DNA from: Vitrella brassicaformis CCMP3155 | Lineage: Eukaryota; Protista; Chromerida | Assembly (NCBI GenBank): GCA_001179505.1 | Contig: CDMY01000310.1 | Coordinates: 1 to 64,000, forward strand | Direction of reading: 5' to 3' | DNA length: 64,000 nt | In this document: positions 39,391 through 49,945 of the stretch, one piece after another | Layout: each line of letters opens with the position of its first letter | Numbering within the stretch: the stretch's first letter is position 1 | Position numbers and translations under genes: made by a program | The notes under the pieces: model-generated | Told to the model about the DNA's origin: nothing | The model's input: only the letters and a program-made list of their open reading frames with translations | Databases searched by the model: none

Positions 39391-41818
39391 CGTCGTTACA
39401 CGCCGCTGTGTGTGTTGACTGACGTCCTGACGAGGTAGGTACCTCGCTCTTCATGGTGTGTGTGAGGGCCTTCACATATCTGTCGGCCTCCTGCCTCCGC
39501 TTCTCGAGCTCGTGCGCACGGCCGCGGCGCTTGCTCTAACACACATAGATGCACAGACACACACACATAGGCGTAGGTGGCTCCTTCCTTATCTCTCCCT
39601 CTGTGTGTGTGTGTGTGTGTGTTTGGGAGGGGGGAGAGAATGTGTGTGTGTGTGTTTGTGTCGGGTCGCCGCTTACGGTGAGGTGCTGTATGTCTTGCTC
39701 CATCTGGTTGGCTTGCCGCTCGAGCGCACGGCAGTCGGCCTCGAGAGAGGGGCTGTGGATGGATGGATGGATGGATGGCACACACGGGGGGGGGGGGGGG
39801 GGGGGGGNNNNNNNNNNNNNNNNNNNNNNNNNNNNNNNNNNNNNNNNNNNNNNNNNNNNNNNNNNNNNNNNNNNNNNNNNNNNNNNNNNNNNNNNNNNNN
39901 NNNNNNNNNNNNNNNNNNNNNNNNNNNNNNNNNNNNNNNNNNNNNNNNNNNNNNNNNNNNNNNNNNNNNNNNNNNNNNNNNNNNNNNNNNNNNNNNNNNN
40001 NNNNNNNNNNNNNNNNNNNNNNNNNNNNNNNNNNNNNNNNNNNNNNNNNNNNNNNNNNNNNNNNNNNNNNNNNNNNNNNNNNNNNNNNNNNNNNNNNNNN
40101 NNNNNNNGGGGGGGGGGGGGGGGAGCTGGATGGGCGTGTGTGTCTGTGTACCAGGAGCCGTGTTGGTCTTGCGCCTCCTGGTAGAGCCGCTGCATTCTGT
40201 GCAGCAACCGCTCCCAATCGCCGGGAACTTCACACACACACTCACAGAAAGACGACCCACATTGACAGATCCACACATAAACACGCCCTCTTACGCCCAC
40301 ATTGCAGTGGTGTCTCATCAGCGGCGTCGCCCCCCTCCGTCTGTGAGTGCCCATCCCGGCTGTGTGAACGGTCCGTCTGTGTGTGGGCGTCTCGCCGCTC
40401 ATGAGCAGACGGACCGATCTGCACTGTCGCCTCCTGACAAACAAACACAAACACAAACACAAACACACACATACCTCGTCTGCGTGTGTCTCATGCGTGT
40501 GTGCCTGCCTGCCTGGCTGCGCCCAAATGTAGGTGTTTTGCTCTCAGCCAGTGCCAGGGGCTGATGACACGAGTAGAAGATTAGAGGTCTGCGTGTCTGT
40601 GTGCGTGTGAAGGCACCGCACCGTTGGCTCGACCACGGCTGCCGTCATTGTGCTCTTGTCCGCGGACGGAGCCCTTTCCTGCCGCTCTGTCTGTGTCTGT
40701 GTCTGAGTGTGGGCATCAGAGCGGGCAATCGCCCGCTGAAGAATCCCCTGTGTCTGGCCGAACTTGGGCGTGTTGTCAGCAAGAGCAGGAGACATCTCGT
40801 CCTCGCCATTCGCAGTGGCACCTGGCACGGCAAATGTCACCTCCAAGGGGCTGCATCGATTCACCCACGCCGAAACGCAGACACACATACCTGTAGCGGC
40901 GTGGGGTCACTGGGTTGGCTCACTTGCGAATGCTGTGTATGAAGGCATGTTCCAGCTGCTGTGCGCGGGCCTGCCCTGCACAGGGACATTTTTCTCTTCA
41001 CGTCGATGTGATGGATGCAGTGCAGCCATGCATTCAGGTTTGCCATGGCGGCTTGCTTACAGAACTGCAGCAGCCGTCGGTCGAGCGCCTTCTGCACATC
41101 TCGGCGCTTCGACACACACAGCTGCGGGAGCATACCGGGGCACACACACCACACCAGACCCTGGCTCTCTCTCCCTCTGTCTGCGCATCGATCGCATCCA
41201 CCCGTCACACACACACACACACACACACATGTGTACCTCTTTGATGGCCTGTTCGTTCCGCCCGATGTCCTTTTGTATGCTCAAGTCGATCAGGTGCCAC
41301 CGAATGCACTCCTGCAGCCACCTACACCGACACAAACAAGCACACAGACATCTGCCCACTCAGCCTGACAAACATGCAATCAATCAATGTCTCTACGAAC
41401 CGCTCGAGGAGCATTTCCCCGGCAGTGTCGTATTTCTCGATGTCGGCCTCCCCTGAACTGAGGGCGAGGCCGCTCGAGTGGGCAGGAGAGACCTGCAGGC
41501 AAAGACAGACAGACAGACAGACAGTCAGACACTCAGACACACAGAGGAGCGAGTGAAAGAACCTACCTGTGTGTGTCCCCATGGGCCTTGTCCGCCCGCC
41601 TCTTGTCCTTCATCGGCATGATCTACTGAGAAAGTGTCTTTGATTTTGTCGGTGAGCCGCTGCCGATGGTCCACTATCGACGCAAACAGCGCGTCCAGCT
41701 GCGTGGGTGCAGGCAGACAGACATCAAGACAGACAGACAGACATCAAGACAGACAGACAGATGCCTCATGTCGGTGACACGCAGCTGAGACCTGTTCGAA
41801 GTGATCTCCCCTGCTCAT
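38562..41818 (-). CDS. Hypothetical multi-exon coiled-coil protein spanning an assembly gap
   Basis: Many short exons between microsatellite introns, e.g. MSRGDHFEQ|LDALFASIVDHRQRLTDKIK, WERLLHRMQRLYQEAQDQH, LEADCRALERQANQMEQDIQHL, SFSSEPFTELSLHTDSGVPDLT*. Confidence 0.55.
39808..40107. other. Assembly gap (300 N) flanked by G tracts
   Basis: Run of N. Confidence 1.
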
Positions 41819-41880
41819 TGTTCTCCTAGCCATCACGGGAAAATGCGACAGAACAGTTGGGGGCGAAAAGGGGGATTTCA

Positions 41881-41889
41881 TGCGAGCTT
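41881..41889 (+). promoter_or_regulatory. Candidate promoter element TGCGAGCTT (coiled-coil gene/SDR divergent promoter)
   Basis: Exact 9-mer between the ATGs at 41818 (-) and 42265 (+). Confidence 0.55.
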
Positions 41890-42264
41890 GACAAAACCGC
41901 CCGATTCAATTCGAAATTGCTCTCTCCCCTCTCGCACGTGTACGTGAAGGACTGCGAAGGACCCCAAAGAACCGCATCTGCTCACTCTGGATCTGCCTAT
42001 CCCACTCCAGTTCCTCATAGGTAGCCGTGCTCCTCTGCAGGACAGCCACAGAGGCAGGCATATCAAGAGAACAGCTGCGCGGGCCAACGGGTAAAGACGA
42101 ACAAGGGGCAGAATACGAAGATTCCGCTGATCGACTGACCACTGACCAGTGCTGATCTCCGGGTCTGTCAGTGAGTCTTCTGCTCAAACTTCAACTTCAA
42201 GCCTTACGTGAACGCCTGCAGCAGCAGCAGCAGCTCCCTTGATTGACCAATCAGATCATCAGGC

Positions 42265-44006
42265 ATGGTGTGGACGGCCGAGAGTGACATGAAGGACATG
42301 ACGGGTACTGTAGGACGGCACAGGGAAGATCAGATACACGCGTCGCACATCCGCCTGGTGGCTGTGTCTGTCAGGCAAAGTCTGCGTCGTCACCGGTGCC
42401 AATGCTGGCTTGGGCAAGGAAATCGCCACGCAACTCGCGAAGAAGGTGACGAACACACGACAAACGACAAACACGCTCACATGTGCAGCGCGGGCATGCT
42501 GTGTCTCTGTCTGTGTCTGTGTCTATGTCTGTGTTCGTGTCTGTGTCTGTGTCTGTTGTGTCAGGGCGGGACAGTGATCATGGCCTGCCGCAACCTCAAC
42601 AAGGCGAAAGAGGCGGAAGCAGACATCAGCAAAGACGCTCCCCAGGCCAAGGTCGAGGTCATGCAGCTCGACGTGGCATCGCTTGAGTCGGTCGCCAATT
42701 TCACCGCGGCATTCAGTGCCAAATACGACCGACTCGACGTGCTGGTCAACAACGCCGGCATCATGGCCATTTACCCTCGGCAGGAGACCCCTGATGGCTT
42801 TGAGATGCAGCTGGGGATCAACTACCTTGGGGCCTGGGCCCTCACCGGCAGGTCCGACCGTATGCCGTCTGTCCATTCCATCCTGTGGACACGACGGCCG
42901 TATGTGTATGTGGCGACGTCCGTGTGTGTGACGTGACATGTGCAGGTTGCTGGATATGTTGATCAAGACGGAGGGGTCGCGGGTGGTCAACCAGTCGTCA
43001 TTTGCCGCCTTCAATGGTAAGCACACACACTCGCACACAGACACACAGACAGACAGACAGACCGACAGACATACCTACCGTATGTCAGCACAGTTGTCAG
43101 TGTGTCGTGTCCATCATCCTTCCATGTGATGTGTCCCTCAGCAACGGTTTTCTTGGACGATCTGCAGATGAGCAACAAGGACGGCCGGAGTAAATACGGC
43201 AAGTTCCTCGGCAGGTGGGCCGCGTACGGACAGTCTAAACTTGCTCAGGTGCACACGACACACACCACACACACCACACCACACCACACACACATCACAC
43301 TTATGAATGTGGATGTGTTCGGCAGATCTGTCACATGACTGAGCTGTCGAGGCGTCTTGCGGCGGCCGGCCACGCGCACCCGAAGTGCTTCTCCGCCCAC
43401 CCAGGGTATGTCTACACCAACCTGCAGGCCACTGCTGGCAACCAGGCCGGCGCACTCTTGGCTGGCACATTCTTCAAGTACGTCATGTCCACGCACAGCC
43501 ACCGACACACATGCAGTGCATCCATCGAATCGATCTGTGCATCTGTCTGTGTGTCTGTGTGCAGGATTGCGGACTCGACGATTGGGCAGAAGGTGGACAT
43601 GGGGGCGCTGCCCGTCCTCTATGCCATCAGGTGCGTGGCGTACCGACAGTCGTTGCCGTGACGCACAGACACAAACGGCGTGCTCCCACTGTTTCTGTAT
43701 GTGTGCGTGTGTGTGGTGTGTGTGCGCAGTGAGGAGAGTCTGCAGGGCGGCGAGCTGATCGGCCCCGACGGACTGTTGTCGACAGCCGGCTATCCAGCGG
43801 TGGTAACCGTACCGAGCCAGGCACTCGATGACGACACCAATGCCAAACTGTGGGAGGTACACAGACAGACACACACAAGCTCAGCTCACCACAGTAGGTA
43901 AGCATTTGCCCTTTGTGTGTGTTGTGTGGTGCAGGCGAGTGAGCAGCTGACCAAGGTGACATACGATTTTGGCAAGAGGGGTGACGGCAGCGTCAGCGGC
44001 GCATGA
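42265..44006 (+). CDS. Short-chain dehydrogenase/reductase, RDH11-14/WWOX-like
   Basis: Nine exons. Rossmann motif GKVCVVTGANAGLGKEIA, VIMACRN, LDVLVNNAGIM, FEMQLGINYLG, RVVNQSS, catalytic YGQSK, AHPGYVYTNL, AKLWEASEQL. Confidence 0.93.
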
Positions 44007-44841
44007 TCGATCTGATCTGATGTCTTGTGCACACACTGGAGGGAGGGAGGGGCGAGGGTGTTTTGTTGGTCCAACAGGACAAGAACACACGTTCCACTTG
44101 TTTTCCATTTTGGACGGGGCGCCCAGTTGCGTCGTGTTGGCGTCGTGGGGCTTGGTGCCTTTGCTGCCAACGAGGATTTTGGACGGACCCACGAACAACG
44201 ATGTGATGTGAGCTGGTTTTTTCCGATGACCATTCATTCACTGCCCCATCGAGGACGTCAGTCACGTGTGATGTGATGCCTGCAAGATGCATGCAGACTA
44301 TGGCGTGCGAGAACTCTTTTCTAGCTGCCTACCTGGCTAGATAACATGTGAGTGTGTGGGCTTTGCAGAGTGTCGGACAGACAGACAAGGAAGTACACCT
44401 GGTCCATCTCATGAGGGACGGATGGTTTGTGGTGACGCACTGCATTGGATCGCATAGCAAAGACGTCGATCGATAAACGGGCCCCTCGGCCGTCCGACAA
44501 TTCAACCGCATCGCATCGCATACCCATGAACGTCTCTGTTCTGCACGTCTGGACGTCTAAATCGCCCTCCCCGAACACACACTTGCATCCGCCTGTCTGT
44601 CTGCCATCTGTGTGTGAAGCCATTGGGGCATGTGTGTGATCCTGTGTGCCCGTCTGGGGGTGACAGCCGCACTGAAGCCACACCTGCTACAAACACAGAG
44701 CACCATCGAAGCAAGGGAAGAGTGGCCAGTAAGCCAACAGCCAGCTGTGACTATCAAGCAATCGACTGAGTCAGTCACAAATACGCAAAAGGCTGTCTGT
44801 CTGTCTGTCGCTCGCTGCACACAGGTCTTGAGTCTCTCACG

Positions 44842-45488
44842 TCAGGACGCCTGTGCGACCTCGAGGAGCTCTTGCAGCTCCCCGCTGCTGTACATCTCAA
44901 CCGCTGTGTCGCTCCCACCTGCACACACACCACCACCACCACACACACACACACAGACACTTGTGGACAGAGAGGCATACGACGCGATGAGTCATATTCA
45001 TATCGAATCTGCTGACCGAGGAACTCCCCATTGACATACAGCTGCGGGATGGTGGGCCACTCTGAGTACACCTTGATCCCCTGCCGTATCCTCTCGTCGC
45101 TCAGCACGTCCACCGCCTTGAAGCGCTGCACGCCGCACACTTGCAGCACCTGCATCATGGTGTTGCTAAACCCGCACTGAGGCTGCTCGGGCGTCCCCTT
45201 CATAAACACCAACACGGGGTTCTCCCTGACCAAAGCCGCTATGCGTTCCCTCGTCGCCTCGTCCAGCTGGTCTGCTTCCGGCGGGGAAGGGGCGCTGTCG
45301 AGCAGGCTCTCGTAGAGAGCAGATGTGTGCCGCCGGAGTGCACGTGATGGCGATCTCTGGCGTAGGGACGATGAATGGGCCGGGAGGGAGAGGGAGAAGG
45401 CGTCTGCGATGGCGGCCATGCAGCTGAGCACCACAAAAGCCAACTTGAAGATGCTGGCAGCTGTGAGGCAAGCGGACAGCGGCTGCAT
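44842..45488 (-). CDS. Monothiol (CGFS) glutaredoxin with a bipartite plastid-targeting leader
   Basis: [18 protein letters not shown]...[28 protein letters not shown]|GSD. The leader has a hydrophobic signal ([18 protein letters not shown]) followed by a Ser/Arg-rich transit peptide. Confidence 0.92.
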
Positions 45489-45492
45489 CGTG
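45462..45492 (+). repeat. 31-bp direct repeat, copy 1 (covers the glutaredoxin start codon)
   Basis: tgtgaggcaagcggacagcggctgcatcgtg; identical to 46401-46431 except for one base. Confidence 0.85.
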
Positions 45493-45594
45493 GATCTGTG
45501 GGGTGAGATGGATGAGTGGATCTGCAGATGAGCAGGAGCACGGCGAGCAGGCAGCCTCCTTCTGGTCTCGGGAGGAGGTTTTTTCTTCTCCTTC

Positions 45595-45603
45595 TGCGAG
45601 CTT
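45595..45603 (+). promoter_or_regulatory. Candidate promoter element TGCGAGCTT upstream of the glutaredoxin
   Basis: Exact 9-mer ~110 bp upstream of the ATG at 45488 (-). Confidence 0.5.
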
Positions 45604-45888
45604 AGTAGAGGCGCAGATCTCCACGTTTTTAGCGGGGCGTTGCCATGCTCGATGGCGCCATCTCCTGTGTGTTCCTGGTCGCTGTGTTCGTCAGGAGCCT
45701 TTCAATTGCATCAGCTGCATTCGTTGATGCTGTGAGGCTCAGCGCATCACCGGGCGTCAAGAAGAGGAGGATGGTGGCTCACTCGCTCAGCCTGCCAGAA
45801 CAAGTGAGCAACCAAGCGAAAAAACCAATGCATTCATCAATCTGAGTGATTGCGTCGCTGTGGGTGTGGCGTTTTGTCTCCTCAGTTG

Positions 45889-46371
45889 ATGGAGGCTGAC
45901 GGAGCGATGTCTGTCGACCATGGAGGGCTGCAGGAGCTCGTCACCGAAGGCGGCCGAGACCTCTCCGCCACTGCGGCCCGATGGACCGATGAGCTGGCCC
46001 AGAAGGGAGACGAAATCATGTGGGCCCTCAGAGAAAAAGAACACGTCAGCCGATGGGAGAGCCAACTGTTTGCCTCACAGTCGCGCGAGCGCGCGGCATA
46101 CGAGCATGTGAAGTTGCTGCAGGAACAAGTGGAGGAGATGCAGCGGCTGGTTTGTTCCTTGGAGGCCCAGCTGCAGGACATGACAGCGCACCGTGACCAG
46201 CTGAAGGAGGAGCTTGAGAGCTCGGGGTGTAGTCGAGCTATCCGGGATCTGACGGAGGGGTGTTTGGCTGTTCTCTTATTTCCCGTCCTGTTCGTAGTCC
46301 TGATAGTCTTGATACCCGTCCTGATTTTCCCTCTCGTGTTGCCGTTCATCCTTCCTCATGTATACCACTAG
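45889..46371 (+). CDS. Intronless hypothetical coiled-coil protein with a hydrophobic C-terminal tail
   Basis: ORF MEADGAMS...LLQEQVEEMQRLVCSLEAQLQDMTAHRDQLKEELE...LAVLLFPVLFVVLIVLIPVLIFPLVLPFIL. It lies between the two 31-bp repeats. Confidence 0.45.
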   Translation: MEADGAMSVDHGGLQELVTEGGRDLSATAARWTDELAQKGDEIMWALREKEHVSRWESQLFASQSRERAAYEHVKLLQEQVEEMQRLVCSLEAQLQDMTAHRDQLKEELESSGCSRAIRDLTEGCLAVLLFPVLFVVLIVLIPVLIFPLVLPFILPHVYH

Positions 46372-46400
46372 ATTTGACGCTCCTGCGTTGATTCCCTTTT

Positions 46401-46431
46401 TGTGAGGCAGGCGGACAGCGGCTGCATCGTG
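46401..46431 (+). repeat. 31-bp direct repeat, copy 2
   Basis: tgtgaggcaggcggacagcggctgcatcgtg. Confidence 0.85.
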
Positions 46432-46942
46432 TATAGCTAGGCTCAACCGGGACTCTCGAGCCAGATTTGCCACAAGCTCGCACAGGTTACGCGCGCAGAT
46501 CCAAAGCTCTCCCTGTGTCCTCCCTCATGTAGACCACACACACACCCACGACACACACACGCACACACACATGTGGCTGCACCCGCTGCACTGTGTTGTC
46601 ATATATAAAAAACTGACCAGACGGCGCAAAAAGTGGCCGGTCGCCTTAAACCCTCAGGACATACACACAGCCTACACGCATCTGTAGGGCCTAACTAATA
46701 AAGTAAAGCGTAAATAAAGTACAAAGAGGCAGACAGGCAGGCAGGCAGGCAGCACGTTCGACACACACGGCACAGCACGGCACCGTGTATGGGTGCCTCT
46801 CCTCTCTACATATGATACACTCTGCTCCCTTGATCGATCGCATAACGCTCCGACTAACAAATGACACAATCACTGCTCCATTGAATGCACACACACCCAC
46901 ACACACACCCACACGCATACCCCCGTCTGTCTGCCCGCCCCC

Positions 46943-47567
46943 TCAAGCCACAAGTCGCTTTCTCAGCTGCTTCATCTTGGCATCGACTTCCTGCACCCGG
47001 GCCACTTTCTGTGTCATTGTCGTGTTGCTATCGCTAAGGATTGCCTCCCTCGTGTGCTGCCAGGCACTCTTGTCCAGCTCAGCCATCAGCCGCACCGCAT
47101 CACTGAGCCGCTCGATCGCATCACTCGTTCTGGTTGTCCGCTCGCAGCGCATCGATGGCCGCTTGCACAGTCTCATTACTCGGCAGCGTAGCAATGCTGG
47201 CAGCCAGGTTGTTGTTGTCGCCTCTGATGGCGTCGATGTCCGTCTTCAGCGCATATCCGCGGCTGTCGGCTCTGAGTGCGGCGATGTCGGCTTTGATGGC
47301 CTCAATATCCGTCGGCAGGGCGGTAATACCCGGCCAGATGAAGCACAGAATGAGGACGCCGACGGCGATCAGTGCGATGGAGCCCAAGATGGAGGCAGAG
47401 CAGGTTTCGCCGACGACGTAACTGACGCGATTCTCCAGCCTTTTTAGCCTAGTTTTCAGCCGCTCCCCGGCATCGGCGGCATCGGCAGACGGCGCAGGCA
47501 TATAGGGCACAGGTGTTCCCTCCGTTGCGGGAGGGGCACTCGCCTCGACGTCGGGATACGCCACCAT
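46943..47567 (-). pseudogene. TM plus coiled-coil gene with an apparent frameshift near 47124 (pseudogene or assembly indel)
   Basis: Frame 1 (MVAYPDVE...ILGSIALIAVGVLILCFIWPG...DIEAIKADIAALRAD...ADNQNE*) stops at 47121. Coding-like heptads continue in another frame (SDAIERLSDAVRLMAELDK...VDAKMKQLRKRLVA*) with no intron between. Confidence 0.5.
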
Positions 47568-48269
47568 CACAGGACACACAGCCTGACAAGCATACCCACA
47601 TCCACAAGCCTACGCATGAAAGACAAAACGGATGCGTGGGGAGATCTCTGCCCTCACCTCTTCGTCGAGTGCTTTGAAAACGAACAGAATGCAGCTTGCG
47701 ACAAAACGGGCAGAGATCGTAGCTAAGCTCGCGCGGGGATGGCTGGGGTCTGTCGGTGGTCACAAGCTCTGCAGAAGCAACATGCAGCGGATGGCACACA
47801 GGTACGTCAGCAGACGGACACACGAGGCAGGCAGGCAGGCAACAATTCATCAATCAAAGGCTTCACATGTATGTCATGTGGTGCTGTCCAGTGCCGCTCC
47901 AGGGGGATGCCAGACGGATACGCCTTCATTTACGGTGCATGCGTCGCGTCTGTCTCACACATCACATTAGCACGCGAGTAGGTCCGATTAAAAAAGAAAG
48001 ACCGACCAGCAGACACAGCCACGCACACGGGAAAGGACTGGACGCCCACGCACCAATTGACTATCGACAGGCAGACAGACAACCCGCGACACGGGGAGCC
48101 GGCCACCTAGCCCGAGAAACTGACAAATACCCATGGTTCAGACACCCACCCCCCAGCTCTCTAACACTCACTACTGGCACGCACAAACACATGTGTAACC
48201 CATCAGCTGTCTGTCTGTTTATCTACAGGCGGGCTGGCTGGCCCGTGTGTGTCTTGCAGGCTCTGTCTT

Positions 48270-48956
48270 TCACTCGATGTCCTCTTCGGCAGGGGGGCTC
48301 GGGCTCGGAGTAGTTGTCGTGGCTGCATCCACAGCACACACACAAAGGGGCGGGACACATGACTCTCACATGACATACACACATCATACTCGTGTGCCCA
48401 CTCACCCCATCTGAGGCACTTGGGAGGTTCTTCTGTCCCCGGCGGGCAGAGTCTGAGTGTGCAGGCTCCCAGCGTCCCGTCCTCACTGCACTGGCACCAG
48501 TTGCAGCCATCGAACCACTGCAGGCAGCCAACGGGGCAGAGACGCTCGGGCTCGGCTGCACACACACACACAGCCAGACACACAGCCACATGTGCCCATG
48601 GGCAATATGTGGATCCTTCCCTCGTTGACTGACCCCATTTGCGGCATTTTGGCGGTTCCTCGGTGCCAGGTGGGCAGAACTTCCGTGTGCAGCCGCCGAG
48701 GCTGCCGTCCTCGTTGCAGAAGCAGTTATTGCACCCTGACAGACGCAGGCAAGCAACACACGCAAAAGCCAATAAGGCACCCACCCACACACCCTTTTCA
48801 CAGTGGTTGTCATCCCATACCGTCGAACCATGAGACGCACCCAGGGGGACAGACGCGGCCATCATCGCCCGACTCGACGACGGTGACGTCGGCGGCCGCC
48901 ACGCCCGCCAGGACGACAATGGTCATGGCAATGAAGCTGATCTTCCCGGCCATCAT
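48270..48956 (-). CDS. Secreted two-domain pacifastin-like serine-protease inhibitor, copy A
   Basis: Four exons: signal peptide MMAGKISFIAMTIVVLAGVAAA, then CPPGCVSWFDGCNNCFCNEDGSLGGCTRKFC and CPVGCLQWFDGCNWCQCSEDGTLGACTLRLC, then a Thr/Pro tail. Fits C-x(9-12)-CNxCxC-x(2-3)-G-x(3-4)-CT-x3-C. Confidence 0.75.
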
Positions 48957-49204
48957 GCTTGTGCTGTCCTGGACGGCTTCCTGCAGCTTGGTCTTGACAG
49001 GTGACGTTGGCTGTGTCTGTGTCGGGTGTGTGTTGGCCTTCCCTGAGAGGCAGATCAGACCGCACAGTCAGAAACGTTAAGAACATGAGGCTTGGGTCCG
49101 TGTTTGGTGGCATAGGAAAGTCCGTAAAAGTCCATCTCTCTCGCTCTCTCACCTCTCTGTTTTCTTGCTGCGTAGCTGACGGTGGAAGACAGACAGGTGA
49201 TGTC

Positions 49205-49250
49205 TTAGGGCTTAGGGTTAGGGTTTAGGGTTTAGGGTTTGGGCTTTGGC
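49205..49250 (+). repeat. Interstitial telomeric repeat tract (TTAGGG/TTTAGGG)
   Basis: ttaggg c ttaggg ttaggg tttaggg tttaggg tttggg ctttggc; absent from the paralogous right arm. Confidence 0.85.
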
Positions 49251-49945
49251 AAAGCTCGCAGGCTGGAAAAAAGGGCACTGGCTGCTGCACACAGATACGA
49301 GGGGCTCGTGCAATGTTTTGCCAGTGCGTCCTGCGGATGTGTTAATTGACCTAACGTGGTTGAGATCTCATCAGTTCGTCGCCGCAGAGAGCCAAAGACT
49401 ACAGAAGATCTTGCTGTGTCCACAATGTGTGATCTGGTGGCAGGTGTGTACAGGCTTCGAGTGCGATGAGTACTGCCTACGCAAAAGATCACTCTCTACG
49501 TAACGGTCAACGGCGGGGACAGAGCTATTAATTACATCCGCGGGGGAGATAGCTATCTCCCCGCGGATGGATGGGGAGAGCTGCCCGAAGACGCACATAG
49601 GCGCTCACGATTGGTTCCGGAGCACGCCCAGCTAGCCTGACTCTGTACCTGGAGAGCGATTGAAGAGGCACCTCCACAGCGACCGAGGAGCTGAGAGCTG
49701 CCAAAGAGACTGACTATCCGAGGAAGGACCAGGACGCCCTGAGGGAGAGAGAGAGAGAGAGAGAGAGAGGGTACACGCGAGAGTGGGTACACGTGAGAGG
49801 GCATTTACCGGGGGAGAGGCACTGACGACAGGACGACGACACGTCGTGGCTCAAACCGTACGAGCAGGCGCACGTGCACACAGCACAGCAGTCCTCCACT
49901 GATGACACCTTTGTGTGTTGGGACGCTCAGACCGTTCCCTCACCG

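Larger units (their letters stand above)
47920..49390 (-). repeat. Left arm of a ~1.4-kb inverted duplication (partner 60480-61869)
   Basis: The reverse complement aligns by eye through promoter, exons, introns and 3' flank, e.g. tgcggatgtgttaattgac vs gtcaattaacacatccgca, and ccacctagcccgagaaactgacaaatacccatggttcagac vs its reverse complement at ~61670-61710. Confidence 0.9.

Noticed and set aside
46250-46371. Confident tail-anchor TM on the 45889 ORF
   Set aside because: The hydrophobic tail derives from a degenerate gtcctgat-like tandem repeat and may not be real protein, so the CDS is kept at low confidence.
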